A DNA stretch of 63,576 nucleotides, counting the filler, from Octopus bimaculoides (lineage: Eukaryota), in the NCBI RefSeq assembly GCF_001194135.2. It is 6 parts of 6 records of this genome, joined end to end, with 100 filler letters (N's around TTAATTAATTAA, not from the genome) between each part and the next. Parts side by side here need not be neighbours in the genome. Positions count along the whole stretch, not along the records: positions 1 to 26,048 come from NC_068993.1; 5 more parts are not named here. One strand, given 5' to 3'. This document shows positions 1-12,950 of this stretch, piece by piece. A program made the position numbers and the translations under genes. Below the pieces are notes generated by a model that worked only from the letters and a program-made list of their open reading frames with translations, did not search any database and was not told the DNA's origin. How positions within the stretch are numbered: the stretch's first letter is position 1; each line of letters begins with the position of its first letter.

Positions 1-735
1 ATCGAAATAAGCAACACGGATTTTAAAGATGATTGCAGTACGCACGTTTCATGCTACTCCATTTATTTAAGTAATGCGAGCATTACATTGAATGCAATAT
101 GTAGAGCAATCTTCAGCTGCACACAAATGTAGAAAATTACAGTAGATTAGACATATTATAATTGTGGCAACATTTAAAATCCAAGTGGGAAGAAGAATAC
201 ATAAAAATCCATTTTGACATAAACCTTAAACCTTAATAAGCCCATTATTATAAACTATATAAATCATATACTAATTCAGTGCTGAATTATTTTGGTTTTA
301 CACACAAGGCTGAGGTGAATAGGATAGAATTTTTTTTCATGGATATATAAGTGTGAACATTTGTATATGCTCTGTGGATACATTGTGTTCGTGTGGTATG
401 TTTAAGTGTTTATATTTAAATAGTTCTGGTTATGCCTGCACTGATGAATAGAGAGCGTCACATGAAATCGTTTCAATATGCAACTGAACCTTTTAAAAAA
501 AAGGTTTCTTTGTTCATTCCCTCAACATCAGCATGTATGTATATATGATGAAGTAGTTTAACTTCAGCGTCCCTTTCCAGCGTGTGGAATAATAATGTAT
601 TTTTTAAATTATATACTGCGTATTAATTGTTTACCTTAATTGGTTTTACTCGCTAGCTGCTTGATAAAACCTTGTATAGATTTTATCCTTATATTTAATA
701 CACACACACACACTCTCTGTCTGTCTGTCTGTCCG

Positions 736-806
<71 letters not shown>

Positions 807-1022
807 CGCAGAATTTTTTAAAAAGAACTACTATTAGTCTAATACTGTAGAGATACAATAATGTGGCAGATTTATACAGCATGTCATGTGTATCCAAGCA
901 ATCCTTCAGACTCAATTCATACAGTTAGTCCTATTTGAAAACCAGGGAGCTGTCAAATTATTGTATCCTTATGTCATGAAAGTATTAGATCTTTTTTTTA
1001 AATTCTGTATACATTAAAAGGT

Positions 1023-1280
1023 GGAGGCGCGTGGCTTAGTAGTTAGGCTGTCAGCATCACGATCGTAAGATTGTGGTTTCGATTCCTGGACGGGGCGACG
1101 CGTTGTGTTTTTGAGCAAAACACTTCATTTCACGTTGCTCCCGTCCACTCAGCTGGCAAAAATGAGTAACGCTGCGATGGACTGGCGTCCCGTCCAGCTG
1201 AGGAACACTTACGCCATTAAAACCGGGAAACCTGGCCCATTAGCCTGGCTAGGCTTTAAAAGGGCGCATTTATTATTTTT
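1023..1280 (+). mobile_element. tRNA-derived SINE, family A
   Basis: A box tggcttagtagttagg, B box ggtttcgattcc, CORE-like ttgtgtttttgagcaaaacactt; an inverted copy lies at 36365-36569. Confidence 0.85.
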
Positions 1281-2165
1281 TTTTATTATACATTAAATGA
1301 TAATTATTTCTCACTAAAGGGAGTACTTTGTTCTTTGACTTTACTTATAGTGGAACATTAAACTATATGTACACACACACATATACACACACACAAAGAA
1401 AGAGAGAGAGGCATACTACTCTCATACATATGCACATACAAACACACGCAAACAACCATATATACACTAACAAATATACAGCTATCTATCTGTTCATGCA
1501 TACGTATTGAAGAAAAAGTTGATGTCGCCTGCTTGAGCAATAACAGATTTCGCACCGTCAGCCTTACGTTGAAATGTTGATCAAAACTGTACTGCCAGTT
1601 ATATTTAAGCGAAATCCTCATTAAGTCAATACTTTCCAAAATTCTGTACTTTATAATGTAAGTTTCGAACTATTCTCTACTAGCAATCATATTCTCAAGT
1701 ATCCTCGGATTATAAACCTGTAAATTTATAAAACAATGAACCCTTAAATATTGTTTCAGCCTATTGTTTCTCTCTGCCACATATGAAAATTTTTCTTTCT
1801 ATTTCTGGATAATTATTCTCTTAAACAATTTTTTTAATTTTTCGTTTTGATAAGTTTTGAATTTTCCCTTTTCCGTTTCATAGAGTTTCGAATATAATTT
1901 TCCACCTTTAAACACATACATATTAAATTCTTAAATTTATTCCTATACACGCATCTCTATACACATTTATATACTATTTATGCATATTATTAACCCCTAC
2001 CGCTTCTTCAAACTCTCAAGAACATTTACGAAAAGTGGTTGCTTAATATTAACTAATAAGAGGCAAGTTTCTTCTTTCTTTTATCGTGCATCAAATCAAA
2101 ATTTATTTTCGAATAATTTCTACTTGCTCTGTTATGAGTGTGGGTAATATATGGTAAATATATGC

Positions 2166-2212
<47 letters not shown>

Positions 2213-2220
2213 TTTGTGTG

Positions 2221-2666
2221 AAGGCGCATGGCCTAGCGGTTGGGGTGTTGCACTTACGACCGAGAGATCGTTGTTTCAATTCCGAGACCGGATGGCGCTT
2301 TGTGTTCTTGAGCAGAACACTTCATACCAGGTTGCTCTGCGATCACTTTGACACTTGATACATGGTACACTCTCCACCTGTTCAGACAACATCGATTTTA
2401 ATGAAGTGAGTGAGCTATTGTGTGGCGCGAATATTTGTTCATTATAAATAAATCATTTGTGCGGGATCGTTCGGCAAAAGCTGAACACTTACAGGTCATC
2501 TTCGACGGGTATGCCCATCACGTTTCTTATTTCTTATTTCTTTGTTGCCCACAAGGGGCTAAACATAAAGGGGACAAACAAGGACAGATAAAAGGATTAA
2601 GTCGATTACATAACTGGTACTTATTTAATCGACACCGAAAGGATGAAAGCCTAAGTCGACCTCGAC
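2221..2666 (+). mobile_element. tRNA-derived SINE, family A-related
   Basis: tggcctagcggtt A box, gtttcaattcc B box, tgtgttcttgagcagaacactt; the tail gtcgattac...tcgacaccgaaaggatgaaag is shared, inverted, with family D. Confidence 0.7.
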
Positions 2667-2799
2667 TTATATATAAATTTCACTTTTCTATATACGTATA
2701 CATATACAGATAAGCATATGTAGATACATTAATAAACATAGACATAGATGTTTGTTTGTTTGTTTGTAAGTATGTATGGATGTATGTATGTCATTGATC

Positions 2800-2907
2800 A
2801 GTTTTAGTTCAAGACTTCTTGCCAATAGAGAAAGAACCGGTTTCTAACCTAGATTCAATGCTCCTTCATTGGAATTTCGATATCAACAACATGGGTATTT
2901 TTGTATG

Positions 2908-2941
<34 letters not shown>

Positions 2942-3345
2942 TGTATTATGTATGTATGTATATGTGTAGATTTGTATGTCTCCTCATACATATAGTTGCA
3001 TATCTAGTCATGCTCATATATATTTAAATGATAAACTTCTGGACATCGTTACAAATTTTTACAGTTCCAGCGATGGATTGGATATATAGTCTTCGAATTA
3101 TATTTCTCCTTTCTGGTTTTGAGAAGCCTAATTTCTTAAGATTGGTATTTAGGCAGTGTGTTACATATCCCAGGGCTCCAATTATTACAAGTATAAACCT
3201 GAACTTGTAATCTGGATAGAGTAACTGCAGATCCCTCAATAGTTCAGCGTATGTATGTATGTATGTATGTATGTATGTATGTATGTATGTATGTATGTAT
3301 AGACTCATCCCATTGTTCTGTTTTATCTGTGCGGACACTATCTGA
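2800..3345 (-). mobile_element. 3' end of an RLE-type (R4/NeSL-like) non-LTR retrotransposon with 3' UTR
   Basis: ELLRDLQLLYPDYKFRFILVIIGALGYV...QSIAGTVKIC is the K..KY..L..IIGALG tail of restriction-like endonucleases. The 2815-2890 segment recurs at 29458-29540. Confidence 0.7.
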
Positions 3346-3855
3346 TTTTTTCAGCTTGTTGACGTTCTATTATTTTTCATTTCAGCATACAGTTCAGTAA
3401 TTGCTTACAGGCATGCCGCGAATACCAGGAGCAAAAGAATTGTTTGATTTTCAAAGAACAACTATTGGGGATTAATCAAAATTTCGACATCGTAATAGCG
3501 TGCAGAACTCTGGGATTGTTCTTGCTACATTCAACAGAGTTATGGTACAATTCCCCATCAAATGAAAAGAATTAACAGCTTTCGGTTCAGTTCGACTTAG
3601 GCTCTCTGACATGTGTCTTCGAATTATTAGGTTGATGGTTGAAAATAATGTTGTTTGTAATGCACCGGATGTTTCAGAGCAACTGTAAGTGATTCGGAAT
3701 GTTTCTGTACGGTATCTTCATCAACTTGATTATTATGGTAGAGTAGCTACAGGGAAAACTCCTCTCCGACCAGGAAATTCCCAAAGAAGAAATGAGAAAT
3801 AAACCTTTCAAAATATATGTTGTATGTTTAATTTTAAAATGTATAGTCTGCTGGG

Positions 3856-3887
<32 letters not shown>

Positions 3888-3970
3888 ACGGCAGACGAAA
3901 GACCGCTAAGCATTTCGCCCGATGTGCTAACGTTTCTGCCAGCTCGCCGCCTTACACACACACACACACG

Positions 3971-4015
<45 letters not shown>

Positions 4016-4485
4016 NNNNNNNNNNNNNNNNNNNNNNNNNNNNNNNNNNNNNNNNNNNNNNNNNNNNNNNNNNNNNNNNNNNNNNNNNNNNNNNNNNNNN
4101 NNNNNNNNNNNNNNNNNNNNNNNNNNNNNNNNNNNNNNNNNNNNNNNNNNNNNNNNNNNNNNNNNNNNNNNNNNNNNNNNNNNNNNNNNNNNNNNNNNNN
4201 NNNNNNNNNNNNNNNNNNNNNNNNNNNNNNNNNNNNNNNNNNNNNNNNNNNTATATATTTATATGCGAATAAAGTGCGGACTTTTTCGTGCCTAGTCAAC
4301 GTAATAACTGATTCCTTCACAAATTTTAACACAGTCGTTCAGTGCTTCCTATTATTCCAAATTTATTTATTGAATGAATGAGTACTATTAGACGAATAGA
4401 GAATACAATAGTAAATTAGACGAAACGTATCGGAAGAATTGCGGAAATTGGGAATTAACTGTATAAATATTATTTATTATTCTTA

Positions 4486-4519
4486 TTCCGATGATGGCTT
4501 ATCCAGCCGAAACTTCGAA
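4486..4519 (+). ncRNA. Degenerate minimal hammerhead-like motif
   Basis: ttc-cgatga-t-GGCT(tatcc)AGCC-GAAA-ct-TC-gaa; the core lacks U4 and helix I is short. Confidence 0.3.
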
Positions 4520-4994
4520 GTCATTGTCAACAACGTTCTTGTATAAGAATAATATATTTGTAATCTACATAAGTTTGGAGTGATCCATCACATTAATATA
4601 AAATTGTTTTTATTAAAACCGAACATAAGACGGTGAGGTAGCAAAGTCTTTAGCAGGTTGGGGAAGAATTTTGAGAGGTACTTCGTCTGTTTTTAAGTTC
4701 TGAGTTCAAATGCCACCGAGTTTGACTTTGCTTTTCATCATTTCGGAGTCAATAAAATAAGTACCAGCTGAACTCTGGGGTAGATGTAATCGACTATACC
4801 CTTCCCACAAAACTTCCTGCTTGTGCAAAACCGGAAAACCGGCCCTTCAAGTTGATATGATTCAGGAAGGCCCTTTTACTTTTTTAATAAAGGGGGGAAA
4901 TTATTGAGAGATACGCGCAGAATTTCAAAAGACTGTTATAGAGGTGAATTTGCTTGCGTCATTGTTCGGTATGGTATAGGTTTTAAAATGTACA

Positions 4995-5337
4995 GATATG
5001 GCCGTGTGGTAAGAAGCTTGCTTCAAAACTACATGGTTTCGGGTTTAGTGCCACTGCGTGGCACCTAAGGCAAGTGTTTTCTACTATAGCAGAGAGCCGA
5101 TCAAAACATTGTGAGTGTATTCGGTAGAGAGTAACTGAAAAAAAGCCATCAGTTGACAACTGATGCTAGTGTATTTACCTCCTCGTAACTTAGCGGTTTG
5201 GCATAAGTTACCGATATAATAAGTACTAGGCTTACAAAAAATAAGTCCTGGTTGATTTGTTCGACTAAAGACGGTGCTCCAGCATGGCCGCAGTCAAATT
5301 ACTGAAATAAATAAACGAATAAAAGAATAAAAGAATG
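4995..5337 (+). mobile_element. Bipartite SINE, family B head plus C tail
   Basis: Head ggccgtgtggtaagaagcttgct...gcacctaaggcaagtg; tail cttagcggtttggca...ggtgctccagcatggccgcagtcaaa ending in (aaagaat)n. Confidence 0.8.
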
Positions 5338-6427
5338 TTATCACTATTTTTTCTAGCATACTAAACGACTACGTAAATTATGGGTTAACTTGGAGTGTAT
5401 AGGAAAACGAAAGATTAAGACGGTGATAAAATAACGAAACAAATATGTACGGAGACAGTGAATGCTATTAGACGAATAAAGGATACAAAGGAAAAATTAT
5501 ACATAACATATCAGAAAAATTAGACACACCGGGAATCAAATGCGTAAATATCGTTTAGCGACTAGCAGAAAACCGTCAGGTGGGCAGTCTTTCAACCAGT
5601 GTATGAGCTGTCTTTATAACTTCACAATGTGAAACGCAGAAGAGCATAGTCACATATATATATAAATAAAAATGTCTTGGCATGTGTCTGTGTGTCTGTG
5701 TTTGTTTGTTTTTTATTGTGTGTGTGTGTGCGTATATGTTTGTGTATGTATATATAAGTATATAGGTGTATATACACACATACACATGCATAACTCTTTG
5801 TTTGTTTAAAGACAAGAGAAACAAAGATATTTGGTGATTCTACCAAAGTTGAAACTGTAAACGAAAGCATAAAGTACAAACCAGATAATAAATAAATAAA
5901 TAAATAAATAAATAAGTAAATAAATAAATAAATAAATAAATGTATGTATGCTAGTGGAAAAGGTAAATATAACAATGAATGTGTGTACGGCTGCATAGGA
6001 ATACAAGAAAAGTACAACCAAGAAGTAAGTCTCACCAAAATGTAACAGCTTCACTATGAATTGACGAACAGTATTTCACACCTGTTTATCTCACGTTAAT
6101 GTGGAGTGGTTGAGCAGGTGTGTTCTATGTGTTTATTTGTGTGCGCGTGTGTGTGTGTGTGTGGTTGTGTATGTATGAGTGTGTGGGGGAGAATGTTGAA
6201 GAGGATCTGTACATTCCTAAACAGAAGCAGAATTATATGTGTGCGTATATGTATATATGTATACACACACACGTATATATATATGTATCTATATATACAT
6301 ATATACATATGAATATATATATACATGCATACATATACATATATATATATATATATACATGTATATATGTGTATGTGTATGTTTGCGTGTGTGTGCGTAT
6401 ACATGCGTGTGTGTGTTGATATAAAAG

Positions 6428-6494
<67 letters not shown>

Positions 6495-7163
6495 NNNNNN
6501 NNNNNNNNNNNNNNNNNNNNNNNNNNNNNNNNNNNNNNNNNNNNNNNNNNNNNNNNNNNNNNNNNNNNNNNNNNNNNNNNNNNNNNNNNNNNNNNNNNNN
6601 NNNNNNNNNNNNNNNNNNNNNNNNNNNNNNNNNNNNNNNNNNNNNNNNNNNNNNNNNNNNNNNNNNNNNNNNNNNNNNNNNNNNNNNNNNNNNNNNNNNN
6701 NNNNNNNNNNNNNNNNNNNNNNNNNNNNNNNNNNNNNNNNNNNNNNNNNNNNNNNNNNNNNNNNNNNNNNNNNNNNNNNNNNNNNNNNNNNNNNNNNNNN
6801 NNNNNNNNNNNNNNNNNNNNNNNNNNNNNNNNNNNNNNNNNNNNNNNNNNNNNNNNNNNNNNNNNNNNNNNNNNNNNNNNNNNNNNNNNNNNNNNNNNNN
6901 NNNNNNNNNNNNNNNNNNNNNNNNNNNNNNNNNNNNNNNNNNNNNNNNNNNNNNNNNNNNNNNNNNNNNNNNNNNNNNNNNNNNNNNNNNNNNNNNNNNN
7001 NNNNNNNNNNNNNNNNNNNNNNNNNNNNNNNNNNNNNNNNNNNNNNNNNNNNNNNGGACCGGGCCCACGTATGACTCGTGAGTGAACTTGTAAGACGGAA
7101 AATGAACGAGGCCGTTCGTATACACACACACACATACTCACACGCACATGTGTGTGTGGGAGA

Positions 7164-7199
<36 letters not shown>

Positions 7200-7216
7200 A
7201 AGAAAAAGGGAGAGAT

Positions 7217-7452
7217 TATTCTTTTATTCTTTTAATCTTTTACTTGTTTCAGTCATTTCACTGCAGTGATGAAGAAGCACCGCTTTTAGTCGAACAAATC
7301 GACCCCAGGACATATTCTTTGTAAGCCGATACTTATTCCATCTGTCTCTTGTGCCGAACCGCTAAATTACGGGGACGCAGATACACCAACATCGGTTGTC
7401 AAGCGATGGTGAGAGAACAAACACATACATACATACATACATACATACATAG

Positions 7453-7509
<57 letters not shown>

Positions 7510-7664
7510 CGACGGGCTTCTTTCAGTTTCCGTCTACTAAATTCACTCACAAGACTTTGATCTGCCCGAGGCTATAGTAGAAGACATATGCCCAAGGTGC
7601 CACGCAGTGGAACTGAACCAGGAGCCATGTGGCTGGGAAGCAAGCCTCTTACCACACAGCCACT
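7217..7664 (-). mobile_element. Bipartite SINE, family B/C, with internal microsatellite
   Basis: Reverse complement of 4995-5337 with (TACA)n(TA)n between head and tail. Confidence 0.85.
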
Positions 7665-8349
7665 ATTTCGCCTAAAAAAAACTAGTGGACGAGAATGAGA
7701 TAACATATATATATATGCATGTATGTGTGTATATAATCTTAGAAAAGAAAAAAAACACAAATCATGTAAATACAGCCACCCACGGTTCTTGGTCGAAATG
7801 ATAATTTATTCCGCCATTTATCAAACCGAAAATAAGTTCCTGGGTAGCTGTATTTACAAGATTTGTGTTTTATTTTTATCTTAAGATTATCTTTACTCCC
7901 TTCGCTGATTGAGTGCTTTTCTATTTGTTGAAGCATTGCCGCATAATACAAACATATATATACACATACACTTATATATATATATCTATACATATATATT
8001 TACATACATGTATGTATGTATATATACATATNNNNNNNNNNNNNNNNNNNNNNNNNNNNNNNNNNNNNNNNNNNNNNNNNNNNNNNNNNNNNNNNNNNNN
8101 NNNNNNNNNNNNNNNNNNNNNNNNNNNNNNNNNNNNNNNNNNNNNNNNNNNNNNNNNNNNNNNNNNNNNNNNNNNNNNNNNNNNNNNNNNNNNNNNNNNN
8201 NNNNNNNNNNNNNNNNNNNNNNNNNNNNNNNNNNNNNNNNNNNNNNNNNNNNNNNNNNNNNNNNNNNNNNNNNNNNNNNNNNNNNNNNNNNNNNNNNNNN
8301 NNNNNNNNNNNNNNNNNNNNNNNNNNNNNNNNNNNNNATATATATATAT

Positions 8350-8868
8350 ATATACACACGAGTGGGACAAAGCAATGGAAAAACCTAGCCTCATAATTTT
8401 TAAATATCTATAAAACCGTCAGAAGCTTGTTTATTTTTATGCCTTTTGATTTATTATTAGTGTTACTTAATATGTTTTGCTAAAGTTACTGCTTCTTTTC
8501 AGATATCATCAGAGAAAGGTAATTAAAATTCATTAAAATGACAGATCTATCGGATTTTTCAAAGTGGTGAAATTGTTGGTACATGTACGGCAAGCGCTAG
8601 CGTAACGAAAACAGCCGAAATGTTTTGTGTATCAAGAAGTACTGTCTGCAAAGTAATAACAGCCTTTGAGAAAGAGGGAAACACCTCCTCGTCCAAACAA
8701 AACTCCGGAAGGAAACCAAAACTTTCAGATAAGGACCGTCGGACTCATACGCGAATTGATAGAAAGGATCACAAAAGTACAGCTCCCCAAATTACTGCAG
8801 ATCTTAATGACCACCTCGAGAACCGAGTTTCCACGAAAGCTGTTCGCTGGGAGCTGCAATCAGAAAAA
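8350..8868 (+). mobile_element. Tc1-family transposon, 5' end and HTH region, truncated
   Basis: MTDLSDF..GEIVG..SASVTKTAEMFCVSRSTVCKVITAFEKEG..SGRKPKLSDKDRR..ITADLNDHLENRVSTKAVRWEL is a typical Tc1 paired HTH; it breaks off near 8868. Confidence 0.85.
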
Positions 8869-8910
8869 AACCACTACTTTCAAAAACTGAACTCTGTTGG
8901 ACTCGGCTGC

Positions 8911-8952
8911 TCCACATTGATAAAGGGAAACTACCCGAAACGGGTCTGTGGA
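8911..8952 (+). ncRNA. Minimal type-I hammerhead ribozyme motif with U3-A8 core variant
   Basis: TCCACA-TTGATAA-A-GGG(aaacta)CCC-GAAA-C(gg)G-TC-TGTGGA: 6-bp helix I, 3-bp helix II, vestigial helix III, GUC cleavage triplet. Confidence 0.65.
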
Positions 8953-9339
8953 TGCCAAACCAGCAAGGGGAAGTTAATGACTTCCCCTGTTCGAAAGTTT
9001 ATGGACGCAGATTTGTGCGTCACATAGCTAGCGAGAGACGATCGCCTCTCGGAGCTAATCAGCAGCAGCATTCGTCCTATTTCTCTGGACTGCCACGTTA
9101 GTTTGGCAATAAATACTAATACCCAGTACTGCTGCTGTATCTCTCCATTACAGAGATTTAGAAATTATAACATTTCTATATATTATAACATTTTTATATA
9201 TATATGCAGAAAGTAAATAGACACCTTTAATGTTCGAAATTTTTGATCTTAGCGTCTTAATATATTTTCAGCGGTGTAGAATTTACAATCTACTTATTCT
9301 TTTTCATTTCAGTGCCATTATATTAAAACATTTGCGAAG

Positions 9340-9690
9340 AGTAACCATGCAACGCACAAAAAATTTTGGGGTTGAGCGTTGATATGTATTGGAGCGATTT
9401 AAAGTGAGGTGTGGTGTTTGGTTTTGTTGTCTTTAGTGTGTCTGTGTCCAAATTTTTGGCACGTTTAATTCCATGGTCTATAAGTACGGGAGGGTATTGA
9501 TGTTCAATGATTGTTATTTTGAAGCCTTGTAGGCGAAGTTCCCGAGTAATTGTGTCAGATACAATTGTACAGATCCTTTTTGCTAGATTGAATGGGATAT
9601 TTATTTTGGTGTGTTTAGGATGGCATGAACTGAAAAGTTTTGAGTTTGTAGAAGTCAGTTGCAATTTGGTTGTTGGATGTTTTTATAATC
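9340..9690 (-). mobile_element. Penelope-like element reverse transcriptase thumb fragment
   Basis: LFSSCHPKHTKINIPFNLAKRICTIVSD...YPPVLIDHGIKRAK...LQYISTLNP matches the PLE S.HP...K..IP..LA.RI..I motif. Confidence 0.85.
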
Positions 9691-9699
9691 AAAATGGTG

Positions 9700-11229
9700 A
9701 TGACTGATGATGATTGACGGTGATTGATGATGATTGATGATGATTGACGGTGATTGATGATAATTGACGGTGATTGATGATGATTGATGATGATTGATGA
9801 TTGATGGTGATTGATGATGATTGGTGCTTGATGATTGATGGTGCTTGATGGATGGATGGATGGATTGATTGGTGATGGTGATGGATGGATGGATTGGTGA
9901 TGGTGATGGATGGTGATTGATGATGATTGGTGCTTGATGATTGATGGTGCTTGATGGTGGGGGCTTATGATTGATGATTTATGATTTATGATTTATGATT
10001 TATGATTGATGGTGATGGTGATGGTGACGGTGGCTGATGATGATTTATGGTGATTGATGCTGATTTATGCTGATTGGTGATTTTATGATTGATGATTGAT
10101 GATAGATGATTGATGATTGATGGTTGATGATTTATGATTGATGATTGATGGTTGATGATTGATGATTGAAGATTTGTGATTTATGATTGATGGTTGATGA
10201 TTGATGATTGATGATTGATGGATGATTGATGGCTGATGATTGCTAATTTATGATTTGTGATTGATGGGTGATGGTGATGGTGACGGTGGCTGATGATGAT
10301 TTATGGTGATTCATGCTGATTTATGCTGATTGGTGATTTTATGATTGATGATTGATGATTGATGATTGATGATTGATGATTGATGATTGATGATTGATGA
10401 TTGATGGTTGATGATTGATGATTGAAGATTTGTGATTTATNNNNNNNNNNTGATGATTGATGATTGATGATTGATGGTTGATGATTGATGATTGAAGATT
10501 TGTGATTTATGATTGATGGTTGATGATGGATGCTTGATGATTGATGGATGATTGATGGATGATGATGGTGATTGTGATTGTGATTGAGATTGTGATTGTG
10601 ATGGTGATGGTGATGGTGATGATGATGGTGATGATGATGATGGTGATGATGATGGTGGTGGTGATTGTGATTGTGATTGTGATTGTGATTGTGATTGTGA
10701 TTGGGATTGTGATTGTGATTGGGATTGGGATTGTGATGGCGATGGCGATGGCGATGGCGATGGCGATGGNNNNNNNNNNNNNNNNNNNNNNNNGATGGTG
10801 ATGGTGATGGTGATGGTGATGGTGATGGTGGTTGTGGTTGTGGTTGTGGTTGTGGTTGTGGTTGTGATTATGATTGTGATTGTGATTGTGATTGTGATTG
10901 TGATTGTGATTGTGATTGTGATGGCGATGGCGATGGCGATGGCGATGGCGATGGCGATGGTGATGGTGATGGTGATGGTGATGGTGATGGTGATGGTGAT
11001 GATGATGATGATGATGATTGATGGTGGCTGGTGATTGATGGTGATTGATGATGATTTATGCTGATTGATGATTTATGATTGATGATTGATGATTGATGGA
11101 TGATGGATGATGGGTGATGATGATGGTGGTGGTGGTGATGGTGGTGGTGGTGGTGGTGGTGGCGACGACGCCGATGATTACGACAACGACGAAGATGATA
11201 ATGATGAAGTTGATTAGGTTAATGATAAT

Positions 11230-11267
<38 letters not shown>

Positions 11268-11280
11268 AATAATAATTACC
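9700..11280. repeat. Complex low-complexity satellite (GAT, GATT, GATGGT, GATTGT, GATGGC, CAA)
   Basis: Directly visible runs of related 3-7 bp units with two short N gaps. Confidence 0.95.
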
Positions 11281-12429
11281 ACAATGCGCCCAAAATGGCT
11301 GAAAAAGTAAAGAATTACACATGCTTATTGTTGAATGAAAAAGAAACCAAAATGTAACGTTTTGTTAGTTGAGAAATATGTTCTTGAAACCAATTCTATA
11401 TAGGTACTATAACAGGAAACACATACAATTACATCTGTAAGAGCATACAGCGACATAACACCTATGAGGATATTCATAAGCCCGTTCACGAATATAGCAA
11501 TATCGGATTCTGTAAATATTTTCTATGGGAATAATATATGAGAATAGGACAGTTAGGGAATGTTTCTATCTTCTCATTTGGAATTGCTACTATAAGGAGA
11601 ATGGTACACAAACATTTCTGTAAATCACTTAATAGATTACCTATGAGAATAGATAGACGTAAGCATGTTGCAAAATGTAGAAATCCTAAATAGAGTTTGC
11701 AGTACTTGATAACCTTCAACATTGTACGAAAAGAAAATAAACACAGATGCAAAAAACATAAAAATCCAATATTATTAGCGTCGGAAGCCGTATTTGTTCA
11801 AAATTAGCTATAAGTATACATACTTGCTGCAACTTATATGGACCATAAATATGTATACAAAACGCTTATTTGGAAATAAAAATATTCAATAAAAAATGCT
11901 ACAACGAAGCTACCAACAATTGCAACGAGAGCAGCCATAATTGCAACACTATCAAGAATGATAATAACAACAGTAATAATGTCTTTATTTGTGGTAATAA
12001 CCATAAAAAGCATCAACAGGAAATAATGATTTCTTTGTCAAAAATTCTATAGAATCATAGGAATACTTATATATGCATATTTATATATATCCACACGCAC
12101 ACTTATACACACACGCGAACACAAACATGTATATATATATATATATACANNNNNNNNNNNNNNNNNNNNNNNNNNNNNNNNNNNNNNNNNNNNNNNNNNN
12201 NNNNNNNNNNNNNNNNNNNNNNNNNNNNNNNNNNNNNNNNNNNNNNNNNNNNNNNNNNNNNNNNNNNNNNNNNNNNNNNNNNNNNNNNNNNNNNNNNNNN
12301 NNNNNNNNNNNNNNNNNNNNNNNNNNNNNNNNNNNNNNNNNNNNNNNNNNNNNNNNNNNNNNNNNNNNNNNNNNNATATATATACACTCACACGCACACG
12401 AATATACACCTAGAACCATGCTAATAGCT

Positions 12430-12950
12430 TAGGAGTGAAATTTTAGGATTTCTTGGTTTTCTCTGAATCGATTTTGATAAAACTCTTCCCAGCTGGTTTC
12501 CACACAATGGCAACACCATTGCTATGTTTTCAAAATTCTGTGTAATATCCTTTCTTTTTTTTTATTTCAGATTCATCAGCTTTGAGGTGAACCACGTTAA
12601 TAGCGTCTCGCCCCTCTAAAAAACAATGGGACGTGGAAATGTCCTTAACGATGAAGAAAATCTGTCATCATCAAGGAAAGTGCTAAAGGCACCACTTTTC
12701 ATGTCGATGCGGAGAAGTTAGGTTGTCCTCTGGGCACGGTTAAACGATTCCTGAAGGACTCTTCGCTAAGAAAGAGAACATCCGATTGTGGGACCTTCCA
12801 AACTGTAACAGCTCTGGATTTAAGGAATATTGGCCGCAAGTTACGTAGGAAGCCTGGACAAACAAACAAAACCATTTTCACCGCCTCTGGATTTCCTCGT
12901 GTATCGAAAACCACCAGAGATCGCATCCTTGACAGCATCCTCGTACGCAG
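12430..12950 (+). mobile_element. Tc1-like transposon 5' fragment
   Basis: ATG at about 12627 gives MGRGNVLNDEE, then a shifted frame AEKLGCPLGTVKRFLKD..DLRNIGRKLRRKPGQTNKTIF..VSKTTRDRIL, consistent with Tc1 HTH domains. Confidence 0.65.

Noticed and set aside
6096-7147. Long ORFs of 200-390 aa in the track (also near 22.7-23.6, 26.8-27.7, 30.3-31.1, 36.6-37.5 and 38.2-39.4 kb)
   Set aside because: They consist of X from N gaps plus YI/CV/HT dipeptides from microsatellites.
11486-11752. 88-aa hydrophobic minus-strand ORF with a possible acceptor
   Set aside because: No recognisable motif and ambiguous splice sites; such a length is expected by chance in AT-rich DNA.
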